Positions 63,722-64,000 of a DNA stretch of 64,000 bases are shown here, piece after piece. The notes beneath the pieces were generated by a model. It ran no database searches. It had not been told where the DNA came from and saw only the letters and a list, made by a program, of their open reading frames with translations. The DNA is from Euprymna scolopes (Eukaryota). Position 1 is the stretch's first letter, and each line of letters begins with the position of its first letter. The translations under genes and the position numbers were made by a program. The DNA lies in NCBI GenBank assembly GCA_053919585.1, contig CM132783.1. The stretch is one strand, 5' to 3'.

Positions 63722-64000
63722 TTAAAGATTTATATGCTTTCGAATTATATTTGGAAATAAATCATAATTTTATGAAAGAGAATATATCAGTTATTAAGCA
63801 TGCCAGATTTTGAATAAAACAATGCAAAAATGACAAATCAATTTTGAAAATGTGAGTCAAAAAAAACCCCCAGAACTTTGTGAAAAAACTAATAAAATCC
63901 TTCATGATATTTTCAAAAAATGCTATTTAATAAATAGAAACAAGCAAGGATTTTCATGGAAATCTATGAGTAATTAGATACGGAATACTTTTAATAGAGT

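Overview
AT-rich, microsatellite-rich animal (probably invertebrate) DNA made almost entirely of decayed transposable elements. No host protein-coding gene can be supported. Contents: (i) a 3'-truncated Ty3/Gypsy element (895-4171, -) whose primer-binding position is complementary to its own LTR rather than to a tRNA end; (ii) five diverged members of one compact (~4.4 kb) Gypsy-order lineage (12778-17218, 19256-22935, ~39714-43635, 43636-45871, 52365-56001); (iii) a Penelope-like element (RT + GIY-YIG) and five hammerhead ribozyme motifs, one apparently intact; (iv) DD37E Tc1-like, mariner, maT-like and Academ-type DNA transposon relics; (v) three non-autonomous Helitrons, many LINE fragments and a tRNA-Cys pseudogene. 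The most interesting signals are non-coding. Among the compact Gypsy copies, four share a G GGA AAC + hairpin -1 frameshift cassette, four LTR families share YY1-like/octamer/TATA motifs, and all five carry an antisense 5' splice-site motif in U3. The self-complementary PBS and the hammerheads next to (TA)n tracts are also notable. All calls were made by eye; no searches were run, and boundaries of decayed elements are approximate.
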